Shown here piece by piece: positions 58,484-64,000 of a stretch of 64,000 bases of DNA. The position numbers were made by a program, and so were the translations under genes. The DNA is taken from the IMG/VR virus record IMGVR_UViG_3300021963_003887, positions 15,170 through 79,169 of that record; one strand, 5' to 3'. Under the pieces are notes generated by a model. It was not told where the DNA came from. It saw nothing but the letters and a program-made list of their open reading frames with translations, and searched no databases. The stretch comes from a virus (taxonomy: Duplodnaviria; Caudoviricetes). The stretch's first letter is position 1; each line of letters starts with the position of its first letter.

Positions 58484-58709
58484 TTTCTTTTTGTCCTTCT
58501 GGTTTTGGTGTTACACTGTCTAAGAACGATGCTAATCTGTTATAAACCTTTCCAACAGATTCCATCTCTGCTGCTTTAAAAGCACCTCGCTGTGTAGCAA
58601 CATCAACAATAGTGCGTAACGCACCTAGGTCATTAATAGTAAGCTCTGGAGCTTTGGTCTCTGGCTGCTGCGGCTGAGCCTGTTCTTGTTTCACTTCTTC
58701 TGTCATCAT
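58476..58709 (-). CDS. hypothetical protein
   Basis: 77 aa; AGGAG SD; RGAFKA.EM..VG..Y. Confidence 0.75.
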   Translation of the reverse strand: MMTEEVKQEQAQPQQPETKAPELTINDLGALRTIVDVATQRGAFKAAEMESVGKVYNRLASFLDSVTPKPEGQKENG

Positions 58710-58951
58710 ATTCTCCTAAAATGCGGACATGCTAACATAAAATAAGTTAGCTCTTTATCATCTTCAAATCCTAAGGTAGCACTACTGTTATCCGAATTTT
58801 GAATAAAGCAGTATCTTCCTTTTAATTTGTATTTTACCCAATCCTCTAGATCAGTTTCAAACACCTGATGTTTAACTTTGATCTTGGCAAAATGCGGAGG
58901 AATCCAAGTTAATGATCGTTTGTTTAGAACATCTAAGGGATTAAGATTCAT
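58706..58951 (-). CDS. hypothetical protein
   Basis: 81 aa; GFEDDKELTYFML; preceded by a CGTAAATA box. Confidence 0.7.
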   Translation of the reverse strand: MNLNPLDVLNKRSLTWIPPHFAKIKVKHQVFETDLEDWVKYKLKGRYCFIQNSDNSSATLGFEDDKELTYFMLACPHFRRI

Positions 58952-58984
58952 GATAGTATTTACGGGGATGAAATAAAAGCTGAG

Positions 58985-59374
58985 TTATTCTTGGCTCATT
59001 CGTTGGCTCAAGGCCTTGCCGTAACCCAATTTTCGAATATCACCAGAAAACAAATAAAGCTCAAACGCAGCTTTTTCGGTTATTACTGTAATATCTTTCT
59101 TAGTTATATAATACGGGCTTTCAATGAAATTGTCAAGCCATACAAGTATTTGTGGAGTGATTGTAATTTCTTTTGGAAATTTAATTGTGTAGGTTTTGAG
59201 TTCAGCAGTTTCGGTAATAAAGTTGATGCCTTCTTCAGTTAGCCTGAGGCCTCCACTATCTTTATTTCTAGTATTCCACCACCAAATACTTTTTTTAGAT
59301 TTTACTAAATCTTCGTTGATTTGTTCTTGGGCAGCTTTTAAGAATACTTGAGTATAAACGTCTTTGGTTTTCAT
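58985..59374 (-). CDS. hypothetical protein
   Basis: 129 aa; WW.N.R...GLRLTEEG. Confidence 0.7.
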   Translation of the reverse strand: MKTKDVYTQVFLKAAQEQINEDLVKSKKSIWWWNTRNKDSGGLRLTEEGINFITETAELKTYTIKFPKEITITPQILVWLDNFIESPYYITKKDITVITEKAAFELYLFSGDIRKLGYGKALSQRMSQE

Positions 59375-59664
59375 TTCATTGACTTAATGATTTCACCCTG
59401 AGTCAATTTAACAACTTGGAAATCTTCTGTCTTGAATAATTTGTTTAACTTCTTAGCTAGATTGTATGCGTGGCCGGGATTACTAAATGATACTTTTTTA
59501 TATTTAGGTCCGGGGTAACTTGATATGAGACTACCACTTTTTAAATTAAACGGCTTTCCTTGATAAAAGACCGCCCATATAGCATCAGATTCGAGAATCT
59601 GTTCTACCTTGAAATTTTCTTTGTTAGCATACTCTAACAGTACTTTTGGCTTGGGTCTACTCAT
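59371..59664 (-). CDS. hypothetical protein
   Basis: 97 aa; GPKYKKVSFSNPGHA; downstream of a GATAAATA box. Confidence 0.75.
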   Translation of the reverse strand: MSRPKPKVLLEYANKENFKVEQILESDAIWAVFYQGKPFNLKSGSLISSYPGPKYKKVSFSNPGHAYNLAKKLNKLFKTEDFQVVKLTQGEIIKSMK

Positions 59665-59691
59665 CTATATCTCTATAATAATACACGCATA

Positions 59692-59699
59692 TATTTATC
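59692..59699 (-). promoter_or_regulatory. late promoter-like GATAAATA
   Basis: intergenic, upstream of the 59664 start. Confidence 0.5.
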
Positions 59700-59702
59700 T
59701 CT

Positions 59703-59951
59703 CTAGAAAGTTCCTCCATCCATCTGTACTGATATTTGTTGTTGTTCGCCAGTTAATTTATCCAATCTAGCATGTATTTCTTGTATCTGTTTGCCCAATT
59801 TAGAAGTTAAAAGACCAAGATCTGTAACAAGCTCTCGTGCTTCTTGAACTGTGATTCTAATCTCTTTTTGATTGGTTTTTTCTGCTGTTATTACTCTTTG
59901 TATAAGACGCTCTACACTAGGCATTTGGATTGATAATTTATCTTGAGACAT
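59703..59951 (-). CDS. hypothetical protein
   Basis: 82-aa ORF in operon. Confidence 0.65.
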   Translation of the reverse strand: MSQDKLSIQMPSVERLIQRVITAEKTNQKEIRITVQEARELVTDLGLLTSKLGKQIQEIHARLDKLTGEQQQISVQMDGGTF

Positions 59952-60414
59952 GTGATAACCTTTGACGCATTTCTACTTCTGTTTTAAAAGGACCTTCGTA
60001 TTGATAACGTTGTAGAGTTATCAGTTTAGGACAAAATGATTTAACCCAACCTTTGTCAAAACGAATAACATAGTAACCAGCACAATACAAACTTTTGCTA
60101 TCGCCGCTTTTTGTAAACAACGGAAGTCTTTTCTGAATGTCGTACATGGCGTTGTGTGGATCGGCACTAGTCGGATATCCATGAACTTCTAATGGAAGAG
60201 AATCTCTTGCCTCTTTAAGAATTTTTACAACAAAAAAGTCTTTACCAAACTGATCAGTTAAACTTTTTTTTGTTTCGTAAATCTTAACACCGTTGTCATT
60301 ACTCATAACAAATCGTTCATCTTCGTTCTTTCGAAGCGTGGCTATCTTTTCGCCATTTTCTTCTACTATCCAAAATTTATTATCGATAATAGGTTTAGCA
60401 TGTATGTCTGTCAT
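59938..60414 (-). CDS. hypothetical protein
   Basis: 158-aa ORF coupled (ATGA overlap) to the RNase H gene. Confidence 0.75.
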   Translation of the reverse strand: MTDIHAKPIIDNKFWIVEENGEKIATLRKNEDERFVMSNDNGVKIYETKKSLTDQFGKDFFVVKILKEARDSLPLEVHGYPTSADPHNAMYDIQKRLPLFTKSGDSKSLYCAGYYVIRFDKGWVKSFCPKLITLQRYQYEGPFKTEVEMRQRLSHVSR

Positions 60415-61397
60415 TGTGTATACCTCGCATTAAGTGGTTCTGAATAACTCTGGGCTTGATCAGAAATCTTTTTAAGATCAAACAGATTACAAAATTTCAT
60501 CAATCTAATACCAACCTGACTGATGTCTTTATTAGCAGTAATAGCTGTCTGAATTGTTTGGTTAATAATACCTTTGATGTCGTCGGGTTGATGTGCTAGA
60601 TCAATTAGTCTACGATTGCGTTCATAATCTTCTAACACTCTGTGTTCTTTACCTTCGTGGTCAGTCCATCTCTGAAGCATGAGATTGTTCCACGAATATC
60701 CTTTGCTTTTACGATCTTCGAACGCTTCAGCAAGACCCACTTTCTTGCTTGTGCCTTTAGTACGCACACCTGGATACGCTGAGAAGACATTATCACTGGT
60801 ATCACCACGCATACATTTTTCGAACAAGAGCCATTCTGGATTGGGTGCGGCTTTTTCTTCGCCTGTTTTTTTGTCTTTAACTTTGTTACCTTTGGCATCA
60901 AAATAACCTTCGTGTGTGATAGTGACTTCGCTGACTCCGTTATATTGTTTAACGTTAGGAGCGATCAATTGTTCAAAGTCGCTATCGGTAGAAATTATTA
61001 CATGTTTTGATTGTGGGTGATTTTGAATCCATCCTGCGATAAGATCGTCGGCTTCTAGTTGGGGATTTTGTAGTACGGTACAATTTGTTTTGTCAGATAC
61101 AAATTCTTTAAATGTATCAAATGCTTCCCAAAACAATTTATCCTCTTCTTGTTCTTTAGCAGTTAATGCCGCACGAGCATCGCTGCGATTGCGTTTATAA
61201 GGCTCGTAGTAATCTTTACGCCATGATCGACCTTCTAAACAGAATATAACATGACTGCCGTCAAAGTCCTGCCATGCTTTACGTATGGAATTTAAGGTAA
61301 TGTGAAAAGCCATGCCAATTTTAATATCAGCGTCGCCACGGACTACGTGTCTAGCACGAAAAAACGTATTAGCAGTATCTACTAGTATATATGTCAT
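60411..61397 (-). CDS. rnh: 5'-3' exonuclease / RNase H, T4 rnh-like (FEN family)
   Basis: ILVD, SWRKDYYEPYKRNR, LEADDLIA, ISTDSDFEQL, GDTSDNV. Confidence 0.9.
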   Translation of the reverse strand: MTYILVDTANTFFRARHVVRGDADIKIGMAFHITLNSIRKAWQDFDGSHVIFCLEGRSWRKDYYEPYKRNRSDARAALTAKEQEEDKLFWEAFDTFKEFVSDKTNCTVLQNPQLEADDLIAGWIQNHPQSKHVIISTDSDFEQLIAPNVKQYNGVSEVTITHEGYFDAKGNKVKDKKTGEEKAAPNPEWLLFEKCMRGDTSDNVFSAYPGVRTKGTSKKVGLAEAFEDRKSKGYSWNNLMLQRWTDHEGKEHRVLEDYERNRRLIDLAHQPDDIKGIINQTIQTAITANKDISQVGIRLMKFCNLFDLKKISDQAQSYSEPLNARYTQ

Positions 61398-61822
61398 GAA
61401 ACTTCGGACTTTCCTTTAGAAATAGGTGTAACATTGATGTATCCTGCTGGTCTATTAGTATCAAGACCTTCTTCTGATAACATTTGTCTTACAATGTCTC
61501 TAAACCAACGATCTACAATTTCTTCTTCTGGATCACCGTCAAATCCGTAACCCTCTTGCTTTAATTTTAACACAAATTGGTCGTTCCAGTCAAGTTCGAA
61601 AAATCCATTTCGAATATTATCTGGATTTACTTTGGTGTCGAGGACGCTAACCCAAGGTTCATTTTTATGAGTAGCTCTTTCTTTTGGGGTTAGTTTAGCC
61701 TGCTCAGCTTCTTCTTGTGCCCGAACTGTTTCGGCTACGGCTTTATCTCTAGCTGCTTGTAATGCTTCTTTTTCTGCCTTTAATTTATCAAGGCCAAATA
61801 CTTTATCTATGATTTTTTTCAT
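61394..61822 (-). CDS. hypothetical protein
   Basis: ATG at 61822 coupled to the queE stop; GFFELDWN..F...L...GY..EEIVDRWF. Confidence 0.7.
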   Translation of the reverse strand: MKKIIDKVFGLDKLKAEKEALQAARDKAVAETVRAQEEAEQAKLTPKERATHKNEPWVSVLDTKVNPDNIRNGFFELDWNDQFVLKLKQEGYGFDGDPEEEIVDRWFRDIVRQMLSEEGLDTNRPAGYINVTPISKGKSEVS

Positions 61823-62673
61823 TAAGTTCCCCACTCGTTTTTAAATAACGGTACCTGTAGTCTGTCGCTATAACGTAAACCTGCGTTCATTGCTAGTTCG
61901 GCTACCCGTCGATTGTTAAGAGCATAGACACTTTCGACTCCGCCTACAGGCATTAGATAACAAGGACCACTAAATCCTTCTGCTCTATAAATGTCATATG
62001 TTTCGATCGCCTCTTCGGCATCCTCTTCTGTGGCTACGACAAACTTGAGATAAGTGTAGCCAACTTCTTCGTATTCGCAGACGACCTCAGGTCGAATAGC
62101 TTCATGTCGCTCCTCGCCAGAACAACTTAATTTAGCACTTACCGAAAATGTCAATCGATGATACCCACGATTTTCCATGCCCCAATCTAAAAGATATTTT
62201 TTAAATTCTGGAGTTAGCTTTTGAGTACCGTTTGTTTCGAACGTGATCTCTTTGAGATCTTTCATCTTGGGATGATCTAACAGTTCGGGGTAAGCACGTT
62301 GCCACCCGAGCAGAGGTTCTCCTCCGGTAATGACAAGGTGTTCGTCTCGCCATTCCTTGAATGGTAGAATTTCAGAGATTCTTTCTGCGATGGCGTCGCT
62401 AGTAAGCATTGGGCTAAGATCCTTAAAGCGAGGATCCCAGCTAGCATAACTATCACAACCAGTAGAAACCAATGGAAGTTCTTCATACTGCTTAAACTCT
62501 CCTATTCTAGTAGCGATAGCTTCGACCTCTGTACTTAGTTCGCCTCTCGGCATACCAAAGCCAGCACATTTAAAGTTACAACCGAATGTACGTAAAAACA
62601 CAGAAGGCACACCCATGTAGCGTCCTTCACCTTGAATGCTGTAAAACAGCTCTGCGATTTTAATTTTGCTCAT
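61822..62673 (-). CDS. queE: 7-carboxy-7-deazaguanine synthase QueE-like radical SAM
   Basis: ELFYSIQGEGRYMGVPSVFLRTFGCNFKC...GCDS, VITGGEPLL, ETNGT, LKFVV, RLQ. Confidence 0.88.
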   Translation of the reverse strand: MSKIKIAELFYSIQGEGRYMGVPSVFLRTFGCNFKCAGFGMPRGELSTEVEAIATRIGEFKQYEELPLVSTGCDSYASWDPRFKDLSPMLTSDAIAERISEILPFKEWRDEHLVITGGEPLLGWQRAYPELLDHPKMKDLKEITFETNGTQKLTPEFKKYLLDWGMENRGYHRLTFSVSAKLSCSGEERHEAIRPEVVCEYEEVGYTYLKFVVATEEDAEEAIETYDIYRAEGFSGPCYLMPVGGVESVYALNNRRVAELAMNAGLRYSDRLQVPLFKNEWGT

Positions 62674-62938
62674 AGATGCTTGACCATTTTTTTAATTTTT
62701 CAAATTTAGCTTTTTTAGCATTTTCCATTTTGTCTTTGGAAATGATGCCGTCTTTTTCTAAAAGATCAACCATAGCTAACAGGTCACCTAGTTCTTCTTC
62801 CAGATGCTCTCTGTTTGTCTTGGGTTTTCCTGGTTTATAATTATCGATTCCAAAACGATTAATTTTAGAAACCGCTTGTATGACTTCAGAACATTCTTCT
62901 TGTAGAATGCTCATAATTTCGTGAGATTTAGTATTCAT
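62660..62938 (-). CDS. mazG: MazG-like nucleotide pyrophosphohydrolase
   Basis: LQEECSEVIQAVSK...LEEELGDLL; start reassigned to ATG 62938. Confidence 0.75.
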   Translation of the reverse strand: MNTKSHEIMSILQEECSEVIQAVSKINRFGIDNYKPGKPKTNREHLEEELGDLLAMVDLLEKDGIISKDKMENAKKAKFEKLKKWSSIYEQN

Positions 62939-62944
62939 ACTAAT

Positions 62945-62974
62945 ATTATACACTCTCTTTGTTCTCATTGTCAA
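62945..62974 (-). promoter_or_regulatory. consensus sigma70 promoter TTGACA-18-TATAAT, probably leaderless
   Basis: -35 at 62974-62969, -10 at 62950-62945, ATG 6 nt downstream. Confidence 0.75.
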
Positions 62975-63113
62975 GCTTCTTAGACAATGTCCAAGAACCA
63001 TCACCATTATCTTTCCAAACTAACACATCTCCTTCTTTCCAACCGTTGGCTTCTAAGAGATCAGGCGGGAAGGTTATCACCCCGTCGTCATCAATAGTTA
63101 AAACCCATCTCAT
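62946..63113 (-). CDS. AbrB/MazE/SpoVT-like small DNA-binding protein (55 aa, below the ORF-track cutoff)
   Basis: MRWVLTIDDDGVITFPPDLLEANGWKEGDVLVWKDNGDGSWTLSKK...; AAGGAG SD. Confidence 0.7.
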   Translation of the reverse strand: MRWVLTIDDDGVITFPPDLLEANGWKEGDVLVWKDNGDGSWTLSKKLDNENKESV

Positions 63114-63693
63114 ACAGCTTCTCCTTAATTCGTTGAGCTACAATTTTATTACCTTCCTCGGTATAATGATTTACTAGCCCTCTGTGGAAAGTCCAGTGAT
63201 TAGTAAAATCCATGTGTAATTCTTCAAAAGCATGGTTACAGCTAGTTGGTGTATGATCTATAGCTAGATACGGTAGCTTAATTAATCTACGAATTTCTCT
63301 TCTAATAATATCGTAGATATCTTTTTGATATTGTTCATCATAATGATGTTTGAACCAATTGTATGCCGTAACAGTACTTTCATTTTTAGGATCTAGATTA
63401 GCTTCTACATCACTAAAGATCAGATCACAGTTAGCGTGTAACTTACTTTGATGTATAGGGTTAAGAGTGTGGACCCTAAAAGGACTAGTATGGTTTACTA
63501 TTACTAAATCAAATTTATCTAAGTTTTGATTTTTAATCTGATTTAATATTTTATATTCGCCTACTCCGGCCTGAGAAACGTTAGTAATATTATAATCTTT
63601 TTTTAATAACTCAGGCCAACCGGACGGACTGTCGGGCCATTTAGCAGAGAAACTATCTCCTGCTAATAAAATTTTTAAATTGTTTTTAGCCAT
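63091..63693 (-). CDS. SGNH/GDSL-like hydrolase-fold protein
   Basis: GDSFS (block I), SQAGVG, NHYTEEGN (block V-like). Confidence 0.6.
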   Translation of the reverse strand: MAKNNLKILLAGDSFSAKWPDSPSGWPELLKKDYNITNVSQAGVGEYKILNQIKNQNLDKFDLVIVNHTSPFRVHTLNPIHQSKLHANCDLIFSDVEANLDPKNESTVTAYNWFKHHYDEQYQKDIYDIIRREIRRLIKLPYLAIDHTPTSCNHAFEELHMDFTNHWTFHRGLVNHYTEEGNKIVAQRIKEKLYEMGFNY

Positions 63694-64000
63694 GGAATAA
63701 ATTTAGTAGCAATTAAATCGTGAAACGATTTGTTGTAGTGTTCATTATCTTCGAGATAATATTTTTTATGATCAATAAATTTCTTTCTAAAGAATGATTC
63801 TACTGTAATAGGTGATATTGTAGTAGACTTTAATTTTGTATAAAAATCAAACTTTTCTGGAAATTTTACTCTATCAGTCATATTAAACAGATAGAGTTTA
63901 CAACCGTGATCCTCACACATCCTATCCATAACAAGCACATCTTTAAAAAAATCTCTTTGTTCTAGATGGGTATTTAGATCAAAGAATAATTTTACATCCA
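63675..64000 (-). CDS. partial CDS (5' end outside window), SGNH-like C-terminus
   Basis: frame open to the window edge; DNEHYN..FH..IA motif. Confidence 0.55.
   Translation of the reverse strand, partial: DVKLFFDLNTHLEQRDFFKDVLVMDRMCEDHGCKLYLFNMTDRVKFPEKFDFYTKLKSTTISPITVESFFRKKFIDHKKYYLEDNEHYNKSFHDLIATKFIPWLKTI

Noticed and set aside
62939-63007. Longer N-terminus of the MazG-like ORF from the ORF track
   Set aside because: Overlaps the AbrB-like gene and the promoter; ATG 62938 fits better
1-64000. CRISPR array or stop-codon reassignment
   Set aside because: No regularly spaced direct repeats; the standard code gives full-length, densely packed genes

Overview
This window is a 64-kb segment of a large, AT-rich, distantly T4-like (jumbo) myovirus genome. 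No cellular housekeeping genes, tRNAs, CRISPR arrays or reverse transcriptases are visible. The left arm (mostly minus strand) holds a gp20-like portal, two paralogous tape-measure-like proteins (one with an M23 peptidase), a divergent gp26-like chaperone with a likely -1 frameshift extension, and a ~470-nt highly structured non-coding element. It continues with a GIY-YIG nuclease, gp46/gp47 (SbcCD/Mre11-Rad50) and a gp55-like late sigma factor. The middle (plus strand, 14.3-56.9 kb) is a baseplate operon (gp48-like, gp53, hub, gp5/VgrG, gp25, gp6) with a 4890-aa giant protein. Five paralogous fibre proteins with different C-termini follow, then a 2OG-Fe(II) oxygenase, four glycosyltransferase-like genes and a radical SAM gene. 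The right arm (minus strand) has thyX, small hypotheticals, RNase H, QueE, MazG-like, AbrB-like and SGNH-like genes. The most notable candidates are the large structured ncRNA at ~9140-9610, the twin tape measures with a frameshifted chaperone, a putative virion hydroxylation/glycosylation cassette, leaderless promoter architecture and a pseudo-palindromic operator at late promoters. All assignments come from motif recognition by eye; no database searches were run.
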